A stretch of 64,000 nt of DNA from Hypanus sabinus (taxonomy: Eukaryota): assembly GCF_030144855.1 (NCBI RefSeq), contig NC_082728.1:5704001-5768000 (forward strand), read 5' to 3'. Made by a program: the position numbers and the translations under genes. Every line of letters begins with the position of its first letter. Within the stretch, counting starts at the first letter, position 1. This document shows, piece by piece, positions 1 to 12,300 of this stretch. The notes beneath the pieces were generated by a model. It saw only the letters and a list, made by a program, of their open reading frames with translations, was not told the origin of the DNA and did no database searches.

Positions 1-1575
1 CCATTTGACCATCGAGCCTGCTCCAACATTTCATCATGGCTGATCCAGTTTTCTCTCAGCCCCAACCTCCTGCCTTCTCCCGCATATCTCTTCATGCCCC
101 AACCAATCAAGAATTTATCAACCTCTGCTTTAAATATACATAAAGACTTGGCCTCCTCAGCTGCCTGTGGCAACAAATTCCATAGATTCACCACTCCCTG
201 GCTAAAGAAATTCCTCCTCATCTCCATTCTAAAAGGACGCCCCTCTATTCTGAGAAAGTGTCCTCTGGTCTTAGACTCTCCCACCACAGGAAACATCTTC
301 TCCACATCCGCTCTAACAAGGCCTTTCACCAATAGGTTTCAATGAAGTCAAACTTAATTCTTCTGAATTCCAGTGAACACAGGCCCAGAGCCACCAATTG
401 CTCTTCATATGACAAGCTGTTCAATCCGGGAATTATTTACATGAACCTCCTTTGAACCCTCTCCAGAGTCTGCACATCTTTTCTAAGATAAGGGGCCCAA
501 ACCTGCTCACAATACTCTAAATGAGGCCTCACCAGTGTTTTATAAAGTGTCAACATTACATCGTAACTTTTATATTCTGCTCCTTTTGAAATTAATACTG
601 ACATTGCATTTGTCTTCCTCACCACAGACTCAACCTGCAATTTAAACTTTAGGAATCCTGCACAAGGACTCCAAAGTCCCTTTGCACCTCAGATTTTTGT
701 ATTTTCTCTCTATTTAAAAAAAGTCATTTCTTCTACCAAAGTCCATGACCATGCACTTCCCGACACTGTATTCCATCTGCCATTTCTTTGCCCATTCTCC
801 TAATCTGTCTAAGTCCTTCTGTAGCCTCTCTACTTCCTCAAATCTACATGTTCCTCCACCCATCTTTGTATTGTCTGCAAACTTTACAACAAAGCCATCA
901 ATTCCATCATCCAAATCATTAACACATAACATTAAAAGAATTGGTACCAACACAGACGCCTGTGGAACATCACTCGTCACTAGCAGCCAGTCAGAAAAGG
1001 TTCCCTTTATTCCCACTTTGCCTACTGCCCATCAGCCACTGCTTTATTCATTCTAGAATCTTTCCTGTAATATCATGGGCTTGTAGCTTGTTAGACAGTC
1101 TCATGTGGGCACCTTGTCAAAGGCCATCTGAAAATCCAAGGACTTAACATCACCAATTCATCTTTGTCTATCCTGCTTGTTGTTTCTTCAAATAATTCCA
1201 ACAGATTTGTTAAGCAAGATCCTCCCTTGAGGAAACCATGCTGACTGCAGCCTATTTTATCATGTGCCTCCAAGTATTCTGAAACACATCCTTAACAATT
1301 GTCCCCAACATCTTCCCAACCACTGAGGTCAGACTAACTGTCCTATAGTTTCCTTTCTTCTGCCTCTCTCCCTTCTTGAAGAGTGAAGTGATATTTGCAG
1401 TTTTCCAGTCTTCTGGAACCATTCCAGAATCTAGTGATTCTTGAAAGATCATTACTAATGCCTCCACAATCTTTCAGAACCCGTGGGTTCATCTGGTCCA
1501 GGTGACTTATCTACCTTCAGACCTTTCAGTTTTCCAAGAACTTTCTCTCTAGTAATGGTAACTTCACACACTTCA
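1..1575 (-). mobile_element. CR1-clade LINE, degenerate RT and 3' UTR
   Basis: ORF pieces [54 protein letters not shown]. Confidence 0.9.
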
Positions 1576-1629
1576 TGATCCCTGACACCCAGAAATTCCA
1601 CCATACTGCTGGTTATCAGGTACCTACAG

Positions 1630-2345
1630 CTCACCCCTTGGCCCTGATCCTGCAGTGGTGTGGGAACCAGAGTTCCAGAACAGTTAGTGGAGAAGTTGTG
1701 GAGGCAGATGTCGGTAAGACCTCGGACAAAGTCAGGAATCGAAAGGTTGAGCACGGTGCGACTCGTGTCCTGAGATTCTTGTATTTCAAGGCAACAAGTA
1801 TCGTAGGAAAGGCAGGTGGGTCAGGGCATGGATCAACACCTGGAATTATGATGATGTAGCCATTAGTGAGACTTGGTTGCAGGAGGGGCAGGACTGGCAG
1901 ATCAATATTCTTGGGTTCCACTCTGTGACAGAGTGGGAGGGGTTAATGGATGAGGGGTGGTGTTACTAGTCCGGGAAAATGTGACGGCAGTGCTCAGTAG
2001 GACCAACTGGAGAACTTGTCTAGTGAGGTGTTATAGGTGGAACTGAGAAATAAGAAATTTATTTTATTACACACACCAGAGGTCATGGTTTAAGGGTGAA
2101 AGGAGAGAAGTTTAAGGGGAACACGAGGGGGAATTGCTTCACTCAGAGGTTGAGAATGTGGAACGAGCTGCCAGCGCAAGTGGTGCGTGTGATTTCGATT
2201 ATAATGTTTAAGAGCAGTTTGGATGGGAGGGGTATGGAGGGCTTTGGTCCTGGTGCAGGTCACTGAGATTAGGCAGTTTAAATAGCTCAATCTGGACTAG
2301 ATGGGCTGAATAGCCTGTTTCTGTGCTGTGGTTTTCTAGAACTCT
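1630..2345 (+). mobile_element. CR1 fragments (endonuclease start and 3' end)
   Basis: LRFLYFKATSIVGK; gtagccattagtgagacttggttg; CR1 3' UTR gtgtggaacgagctgcc. Confidence 0.7.
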
Positions 2346-2399
2346 ATTTACCATATATATGTGGAAACAAACAGTGAAATGGGTCGTTTCTGTTAGCAA

Positions 2400-2784
2400 C
2401 CAACGTTACATGTTTCTGGCATCTCCAAGCTTGAACGCTTGAAATCGCTTTGAGCAAAACAATTCTGAATTGTCTTACTGCTTATTTCTCATCAACTATC
2501 AGTGACAAAAATCACTGCTTTTTGAACACAAGACACATGCAAGTGATGCTATTTAAAAGCTGTTCACTCTAATCGTGATGTAGTGTCTAACGGCCACACA
2601 AGTGCACATGACTGACCAGTTAGAAATTGTTCGGACACACTCTCCGGTCCCAGTTAAGCGACATAAAGTCCCCGATAAACAGAGGGAATCCTGGCTATTT
2701 TCTGAGTTATTTTTTCTTCAGGAGTTGTTCCAAGTAAGTGGTGAGCCTGATTAACCGATGGCACAATTAATGAAATCCACTGTA
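2400..2784. mobile_element. Probable Tigger/pogo-type DNA transposon remnant
   Basis: Ends ...aatccactgTA, resembling a Tigger TIR plus TA; internal gtcccagttaagc-type subrepeats. Confidence 0.4.
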
Positions 2785-3262
2785 AAAATAATTTCTGAGG
2801 AAAGGTCACCGACTGAAAGTGTTGTCTCTGTGTTTTCTCTCCACGGTTGCTGCTTATTCCCAGACGTAACTGTTTTTACTTTGTGTGTACAAGATGATAA
2901 TAGACAGAGATCGAGCGGAGACTTTTCCCCAGGGCAGAAATAGCTAATACCAGGACATAATTTTAAGATGATTGAGGAAGGTATAGGGTGGATGTCAGAG
3001 GGACACAGAGAGAGGTGGGTGTGTGAAACACCCTGTCTGGGGTAATGGGAGACACAGATACATTAGGGGCATTTAAGAGACTCTTAGATAGGCTCATGGG
3101 TGATTATTAAATGCAGGGTTATGTGGGTGGTAAGTGTTAGATTGAGGGTTGGCATGACATTGTGGGCCGAAGGGCCTGTACTTTTTTTTAACTGCTCAAT
3201 GTTCAGTAATGCATGTTTTAGTTTGTGTTTAGCTGATGCTCTGTTTGTGATCTGCCACACAG

Positions 3263-3393
3263 ATCCTGAGTGGGTCTCCTACACACTTGGGGTGTTTATC
3301 TGCCTGAACTGCTCTGGGATTCACCGAGATCTGTCAGGAATCAGTAGAGTTAAATCCATCCAGCTCGACTTCTGGGATGATACCCTGGTTGAG
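3263..3393 (+). CDS. ADAP2: ADAP2 exon 2 (131 nt), ArfGAP zinc finger and catalytic Arg
   Basis: cacag|ATCCTGAG...GTTGAG|gtaata; (D)PEWVSYTLGVFICLNCSGIHRDLSGISRVKSIQLDFWDDTLVE. Confidence 0.95.
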
Positions 3394-6300
3394 GTAATAG
3401 CACATTTACTAATATCTTTACGGGAGCTCCTGTGGGAACGAGAATGATGTTAACACCGCACCTTTGGGGTTTGGGGCTGCTCTCCAAGACCAGCGTGGGA
3501 GCAGGAATCTATTCCCCGGGATAGGGATAGGGTAGGGAAGCAGGAGGTTGACTGGCAGGGAGCAGAGATCGGGGAGGGGGAGAATTCACAGAGGGGGAGG
3601 GTTCGGGAGATATGAGAGGGATAGAGAGAGAGAGATCTGTGAGGTGGAGAGAAAGAGATCAGGGACAGGGAGAGAGAGATAGATCGATGGAGAGCAGGGA
3701 GGGGAGAGATCAAGGATAGGGTGAGATCAGGGAGGGGAGAGAGGGGTAGAGATCGGGGTGGGGAGAGAGAGATTGGGGAGAGGAGAGGGAGATTGATGGG
3801 GAGAGAGAAATTGGGGGGAGTGGGAGATCGGTGGAGAGGGAGATCAGGGAAGAGAGAGATTGAAGGAGAGGGAGAGTGAGAGAGAGTGTTCAGGGAGAAA
3901 GAGGGAGTGAGAGAGAGAGAGAGTGGTGGGGTGAAGAGAGATCAGGGAGCGAGAGATTGGGGGAGAGAGAGAGAGAGAATCGTGGGGTGAAGAGAGATCA
4001 GGGAGAGAGAGAGATAACTCCCTAGTCAACATGTTTGAACTGGAATGGAAGTGGTGGACATATTGAGTGCTGAATCTGTACCAGCCCTTTGGAGGGGTGT
4101 AGTGGAAGCAGAGATGAAGGGCTGACACCCTGGCCAGTGATGTACTTGTCACAGAGAGGTGATGATTAACATGTCCCTACTCTTTGCAGGGGTCAGACTA
4201 AAACCTGGTTCATCTTTTGCAGGAAATGAGAAGGAAAGGGAACCAAGTGGTGAAGCGGTATTATGAAGCAAACATCCCTCCATTTTACTACAAGCCACAG
4301 GCCGCAGACTGCAAGTAAGGAGGGAGGATTCCTTTGGTAATGAGAAGCAGCCCTGGGATTATGGCAGATCACCATTCGCCCTTTCAGTACATTCCAGCAA
4401 TGAGAACTGTGAATGGTGGTGAACCCAAGGGCAGAGTAACGTCTAGAATTAACTCAGACTCAAAATAAACAAGATGACACAAATGAAATCCAAAGGCAAA
4501 ATCATGAACGGTAGCACGGGAAATTGAACTCATACGGTTGAGCACTGAGTGCTCAGCACGAGGCCTTTAAGTACAGACTGTCCATGAAGGGATATGACAG
4601 GCAATAATTGTCAGTCTGAGTCTTAAAGGGATAGTGGCAGCTAACTGTACTCCAGGGGACTGGGGCCCTGAAACTTGGATGCCTGTTGCTGTTCATTCAG
4701 GACCACGGCTGTTCCACCATCTATCATGTCACAGAACTGGACAACTTGGAGGCCCTTTTGCCCTTTGTTTCCATGTTGACCAACTGTGGAGATGGATCAA
4801 TCCCACTTCTCGCGCACAGTCTACGCCACCATAGGTTACACCGCACCTAGTGAGGCTTCTGTCTCCGACACCAAAGATTAAAGATGAGGTTTATTTCTTA
4901 CATATGCAAGGGATGCCTTCTCTGCGTCAATTACCAACAGAGCCTGAGGACGTACTAGTCTGCCGCCACGCGTTACCGCGCTACCGGCACCAGAATAGCA
5001 TGCCTGCAACTGAGCTCCTTCTACTGTTGCACACGGACGGGCTGAGTCGAGTGGTAGTGGAATTGATTTGTTCGTAACACATGTAACAAGATATAGTTAA
5101 AAGCTTTTGTCTGTCTGCCACCCAAACAGATTATTTCACACATAAGCATGCTGAGGTGGTAAAAAGGAAAACAGTGCAGAATATTTATGTATTTATTTAG
5201 TGATCCAGCTGGGAGTTGGCCCTTGTGGCCCTCGAGCTACACCACCACAGCAACCCCACTATCACAATTAACCCGAGTCTAATTGCAGGACAATTGACAA
5301 TGGAAAGTTAACCTACCCGGGACGTCTTTGGACATGGGAGGAATCCCATGCATTCTACGAGGAGAACATGAAAGACTCCTTACAGGACAGCATTGGGATT
5401 GAACTTCAAAATCTGGAAAACCCGAAGCTGTAGTACCACCACAGTAACTGCTACACTATCGTTACGGTTACACAGAAAGCTTGGAGCAGGTAGACGGGAA
5501 GATGAAGAATTTATCTTTCTGCGGATGACGGGTGTGTTCAGGAACTGTACCACAGCAGGGTACTCTTCAACATCCCTGTAACAGTGGGGTAGATGCTGTC
5601 CTTGAGCCTGGTGGTACATTAGTATCTTCTGCCCGATGAGAGAATCCCTGGGGTGAGTGGAGTCCTCTATTATGTTGGCTCCTTTACTGAGGCAGCAAGA
5701 AATGTGGACAGAGTCGATGGAGAGGAGGCTGGTTTCCGTGATGTGCTGAGCAGTGCCCACGACTCACCAGCTGTCCCCTCAGTCTATGCTTGTCATAATC
5801 TTTTATACCTCTATCGAGTCACCTCTCATCCTCCATCACTCCAGAGAGAAAAGACCTCTCTCGCGCTCAGCCTTTCCTTGTGAGACATGCTGTCCAATCC
5901 AGGCAGCATCCCAGGAGTTAAAGGGAATAAGGAGAAATAGGAAACAGGGAAATAGGGTGGGATGGGACAGATGGGAATGCTCCAAGAACTAGCAGAGTTT
6001 CAATGGGCTGAATAGCCCCTGTCATTAAGAAATATAAAGAAAGCTGACTTCTTTGTTGCATGTTCCAGAGTTCTGAAGGAGCAGTGGATTCGAGCCAAGT
6101 ACGACCGGAAGGAGTTCGTTGCAGTCAGCAGTCCGCAGGAGATCTTCACGTCAGGTAAAGGAGCAGGTGGGTGACCCTCTCTTCACGAAATGAAGAGCCT
6201 TACACACAAGAAACAAGCATGAGCAAGTCACATGAGTGGAACTGTGAAACTGACTCACAGCAAGTAGGACGTCCAGCGTACAGCCAAAGAGGTGTATTTT

Positions 6301-9300
6301 ACTGAGCTTGGCAATGGGTGAGGCTTTGGATCATTGACATTCAGGACCTCAAGGCCTGTCTTAACAGCTTTCACCCTCAGGAGGCTGTTGGCCTTAAACG
6401 AAGTCAGTAAATGCCTCAATCACTCGGCAGAGATGTCAGATAATAGGGCAACGGTTCCCACCGCTCTCTGTGTGTTTTAAAAAAAACGAGATACCTCTGA
6501 CATCCTGCTATACCAGGGGTTTCCTCACTTAGTGGTATTGATCCATCACATAAGAATGTTTGGGAGCCCTGGTATAGAGGGTTGTCAGAGGTATGTTTGG
6601 TATTACACAGAGTAGTGGGTACATGAATACATGGAGTCCCTGCCAGAGGCAGGTACGTCAGGGAGTTTTAAGAGACTCTTAGATAGGCACACGAACGATA
6701 GAAAAATGGAGAGCCGTTTGTGAGTGAAGGATTAGATTGATCTTAGAGCAGGTTAAAGGGTTGGCACAATGTCATGGGCTGAAAGGCCTGGACTGTTCTA
6801 TGTTCTATATGTTTTAGGATCTTGGGATTGGAATTGGAATTAGTTTATTGTTGTGACAAACTCGTCTTACTTGCTGTTCATCTGGTCAATGAATGACATT
6901 GAGGTAGTACCTGGGGAAAACTTTAACAAAATGCAGAATGAAGCGTAATGGCCACAGACAAGGCATAGCACAAGCGAACAATAAAGTGCAAGACCATAAC
7001 AAATGGATTGCGAGGTCAAGCGTCTCTGTTGGAGGGCTGGAGGAAGTCACAGAGGCAGAGGTACAAGATGGTGGTAGAATTTGAGGATACCGGACTCTCC
7101 AATTTGATGGGTTTTGTTATATGCAAATTAATACCATGTTTTTCATTGGGAATGTAAATCAGTAATATGGTTTTTTTTGCTGCCACATGAACTGAGGTAC
7201 AGTAAAAAAATCTTTAAACATGAGAGGTTCTGCAGATGCTGGAATTCCAGAGCAACACACACAAAATGCTGGAGAAATTTAGCAGGAGAGGCAGTAGCTG
7301 GGTGCTCCGTTTCCTCCTTCATTCTAAAGACATTCGGATTAGCAGGTTAATTGGTCATTGTGAATTCTCCTGTATTAGGCTAGGTTTAATAGATGGGTTG
7401 CTGGGAAGTGCAGTGCGTTGGGCTGGGAGGAGACTGTATTTCAAAATAAATTAAAATCTATTTAGGGGAATAAAGCTCTCCTCAGGAAACACTTTTCTTG
7501 CGTAAGTATTTCAGACAGAGTCTTCTGGCTCTTCTGACATCATGAAGGACGCTTTGTAAATGCAATATTCTTCCCTCAGTAGGGGAGTAATAAAAACTGG
7601 GGATTGCAAAGGTGCCAAGTCATGAGGGGTGGTGTTGCTGGAAGTGCCAACACTGTGGGTGGGTGGAGGGGGCGGAGAAAGGTGGGAGAGTAATTCTGAG
7701 AAGTTTTGAACGTAACAATTAGTTCCAGTCAGCAAAGTTCAAATTCAAAAGTAAAATTATTATCAAAACATATATATCACATATATCATTTTCATTAAAT
7801 CCAAGAATCCAAATGGAATCAATGAAAGACCACACCCAACAGGGAGGACAAACAACCAATATGCAAAAGACAGCAAACTGCAAATGCAAAAGAAATAATA
7901 ATAATAACAAGTAAATAAGCAATAAATATTGACAACATGAGATGAAGAGACCTTGAAAGTGAGTCTATAGGTTGTGGAACATTTCAGTGATTGGGTGAGT
8001 GAAGTATCCCCTTTAGTTCAGGAGCCTGACGGTTGAGGGGTAGTAACTGTTCCTAAACCTGGTGGTGTGGGTCTCGAGGCTCCTGTACCTCCTTCCTGAT
8101 GACAGCAGCAAGAAGAGAGCATGGCCAGGGCGGTGAGGGTCGCAGATAATGGACGCTGCTTTCCTGCGATGGTAGCTGCAGCGGTGAAGCCAGACAAAAT
8201 CTGCAATTTCACTGATGGATATTTCTCTTTCCCCTGTGAAGGTGACCGAACCGGATGCCTGTGGAAGCGGGGCAAGGACAAAGGAAGTTTTCACCAAAGG
8301 AGTTTCCAACTTTTGGAGAAGGAGGGAACACTGAGATACTACAGCAGGGAGGATGTATGGGATTTTCACAAACCTTTTGAATGTTACTTCCCTTTAGTAA
8401 CTGTGGAGGAGAGGACATGAACCAAAGATATGCTGCACATGTGCAATCAATTAACACTGTTTAATGACCCGTCCAACTTAATTGCCCATTTATTGCCCAG
8501 TCCCATCAGTCACCCATCACCTGTCTGTTCAACACCCTCTCCACCACATCAGCTAGCCCATGAGGTTCAGCCCCACGCCACTGTGTGTTCAATGGCCTTG
8601 ACTTTCCACCTTGTGTCCCTCCGTTGCTTGAGATTTACCATAGATGTTGTGCCCTAGCTCTCTACGTTGTTGGTGTAGTACCAACAAAACCAACGCGGTC
8701 CCTGTTGCAAAGGTCACACCTAGAAGTGGTCTGCGCTCTGCTGGAGAAGCAGTGTTCCTTTCCATGGGCTGCTTTCAGGAATGTCTCCTCGCCTGACTTA
8801 ACTGTCGTTTCAGGGTGCTTCTCCACCTGGTGCGGCCAGCTGCAGGACCCCCCCCCCACCCCCCCAGGACTCAAAGCTGATATCCAGTGCCTTCGTATCC
8901 CACTTACAAACATCCTTGTAGCACAGTTGTGGGCAGCCAGCGGTTCTCTTGCCTGAAGCCAGCTCAATGCAGAGGATGAGGCCATCCTGCATGTGGGAGA
9001 CATGGCCCAGCCAGCACAGCCTACGCTACCTCTGTACAACGCCCTGTCTATTATTGGTTCTCACTTGAATTGAGTATTGGGTTTATCTGATAATGGCAGA
9101 GTCTCCCACATTCCGGGGCAGCAGAGTTACAGAGTCATAAAGCACTGAAATAGACCCTTTGGCCCAATTCATCAACATGAGATTCTGCAGATACTGGAAA
9201 TGTACACACACATAACGCCAGAGCAACTCAGCAGGTCAGGCAGCATCTATGGAGGGGAATAAACCGTTGATATTTCAGACCAAGATCCTTCATCAGGACT

Positions 9301-12300
9301 AGAAAGGAAGGGGCAAGAAGCCAGAAAAAGACAGTGGGATGATGGGGAGGACAAGGTGGCAGGTGAGGGGGAAGGTGGCTGGGTGGGGGAGGGGGGATGA
9401 AGTGAGAAGCTGGGAAGTGATGGGTGGAAACGGTAAATGGCTTCAAGATAGAGTAGACTATGGGTGAAAGGGAAGGATGAGGGGTACCAGAGGAAGGTGA
9501 TGGACAGATGAGAAGGTGTGAGAGAGGGGAACCAGAATGGGGATTTGGGGAATGGAAAAAGTAGGAAGTTGGGGGGAGTTGGGGGGGGGGTGTCACCAGC
9601 AGTTGGTAAAATAGATGTTCATAAAACCATAAGATATAGGAGCAGAAGCAGGCAATTCGGCCCATCGAGTCTGCTCTGCCATTCAATCATTGGCTGATCC
9701 AATTCTTCCAGTCATCCCCACTGCCCTGCCTTCTCCCCAAATCCTTTGATGCCCTGGCTAATCATGAACCTATCTATCTCTGCCTTAAATACACCCAATG
9801 ACTTGCCTCCACAGCCACTCGTGGCAACAAATTCCACAGATTTACCACCCTCTGACTAAAGTAATTTCTCCACATCTCTGTTCTAAATGGATGTCCCTCA
9901 ATCCTGAAGTTGTGCCCTCTTGTGCTGGACTCCCCTACCATGGGAAATAACTTTGCCATATCCAATCTGTTCAGGCCTTTTAACATTTGGAATGTTTCTA
10001 TGAGATCCCCCCTCATTCTCCTGAACTCCAGGGAATACAGCCCAAGAGCTGCCAGACGTTCCTCATACCGTAACCCTTTCATTCCTGGAGTCATTCTCGT
10101 GAATCTTATTTGAACCCTCTCCAATGTCAGTATATCAGGAGCCCAAAACTGCACACAATACTCTAAATGTGGTCTCATGAGTGCCTTATAGAGCCTAAAC
10201 AGCATATCTCTTATATTCTATACCTCTAGAAATGAATGCCAACATTGCATTTGCCTTCTTCACAACCGACTCAGCCTTTTGGGTGTCCTGCACAAGGACT
10301 CCCAAGTCTCTTTGCATCTCTGCATTTTGAATTTTCTCTCCATCTAAATAATAGTCTGCCCATTTATTTCTTCCACCAAAGTGCATGACCTTGTTTGCCA
10401 CTTCTTTGCCCATTCCCCTAAACTATTTAAGTTCCTCTGCAGGCTCTCTGTTTCCTCAACACACTACCTGCTCCTTCACCTATCTTTGTATCATCGGCAA
10501 ATTCAGCCACAAATCCATTTATCTCATAGTCCAAATCATTGACATACATCGTAAAAAGCAGCAGTCCCAACACCGACCCTTGTGGAACTCCACTGGTAAC
10601 CAGTAGTCAGCTAGAATAGCTTCCCTTTATTCCCACTCTCTGTTTTCTGCCGATCAGCCAATGCTCCTCCCATACTAGTAACTTCCCTGTAATTCCATGG
10701 ATTCTTATCTTGCTAAGCAGCCTCATGTGCGGCACCTTGTCAAAGGCCTTCTGAAAATTCAAGTACACCACATCTACTGCATCTGCTCATCAGATTGGAG
10801 ATGACCCAGATGGAATATGAGTTGTTGCTCCTCCAACCTGACAGTGGCCTCATTGTGGCAGCAGAGGCCATGGACAGACATGTCAGAATGGAAAGTTGAA
10901 TTAAAATGGACGGCCACAGGGAGATCCTGCCTTTTGCAGTTGAGGGGGCAAAGGTGCTTGACAAAGCAGAATTGCAGTCTATGGGGGGTCAAATGCTCGC
11001 CCAGCTTGTCCCTGCCAACCTAGCTTCCCAGCTAAGCCTGTCTCGTTTGCCTGTGTTTGACCCATATCTCTCTGTACCTTTCTTGTCCACCTACCTGCCA
11101 AGATAACCCTTAAACATTGTTAATGTACCTGCCTCAACTATTTCCTCTGGCAGCTCACTCCATACAGTCACCTCTCTCTGGGTGAAGAAGTGGCCTCTTA
11201 GGTTAATACTAAATCTCTCCTCTTTCACATTAAACGTCTGCCCTCTAGTTCTTGATCTCCCCGTGATTAAAAAAATCATAATTGACAAGGGCAGGGCAGA
11301 AGATGCTGTCTTCATGAAGCTTAGCAAATCCTTTGACAATGTCCGCATGGTAGGAAGATTGGATCACGTGGGATCCAGGATGAGCCAGTCAGCCGGAGGT
11401 AAAATTGGCTTGGTGGAAAGAGTCGGGTTGGTCAAGAAGGTTTAGTCACTTGGAATTCAAGATGAGGTAGTAAATTGGATTAGAAACTGGCTTCACGGTA
11501 GAAGTTAGAGAGTGGTAGTATATGGTTGTCTCTCTGACTGGAGGCCTGTGACCAGTGATGTACCACAGTGTGTATGTGTGTGTATCTACACACAATCACT
11601 TAGACACACAGGACAGAATGCAGAAAGAAGATATTTACCCCGTGCAAGATAACATGTAAATAACATGCAATGAGTATATCAAAAGTCAGCAAGGTGTTAC
11701 TTCAACAGGTTAAGGAGCCAAGGGGAGTCATTCAGGTGTCAAAGATGAATGCCACATTCCAGCCGGAAAAGATCGGGAATCCCAACGGACTGCAAATCAC
11801 CTTTCTGGAGGATGGCCACACCAGGAATATATTTGTGTACCACAAGAGTGGGAAGGTGAGAGAGAGAGATGGTCCTGAGTCACTGGGTGAATTCTTCAAA
11901 ACTCTGCCAAAACTAACACACCCAGACACTGACCGTCTCCCCTGATAATTAGCATCTGCCCTGGATGCTGACTGTCTGCCCCACATATTGACCATCTGCC
12001 CTGGACACTGACAGCCTCCCCAAGTATTTTTTTTACCATCTGTCCCAGACACTGACTGTCTGCCCTATTATTGACCATCTGCCCAGACACTGACTGTCTG
12101 CCCTATTATTGACCATCTGCCCAGACACTGACTGCCTCCCCAGATATATAATATTCTATCTGATCTATCTAATCTTCAGCACAGCACAGGTCCTTGGAGT
12201 AATCCCCCCGTTTAATCCTAGCCTAATAAAATGACAATTTACAATGGCCAATGAACCTACCAACTGTTAATCCTTTGGCCTGCGGGAGGAAACCAGGGCA

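Larger units (their letters stand above)
9180..10975 (-). mobile_element. Penelope-like element 3' part, split by a CR1 insertion
   Basis: LPVAVHFNS..H..EEQQLIFHLG (GIY-YIG C-terminal part) at 10785-10975 rejoins 9622; terminal repeat with hammerhead-like motif at 9264-9301. Confidence 0.75.

Noticed and set aside
1-3262. ADAP2 first exon or promoter
   Set aside because: No CADC-type motif or CpG island is present and the region is transposon-derived, so exon 1 must lie upstream of the window.
10740-10790. Two CR1 copies ending at almost the same position next to Penelope sequence (also near 56550), suggesting a chimeric element
   Set aside because: Penelope orientation and junction differ between the two sites, so independent nesting explains them.
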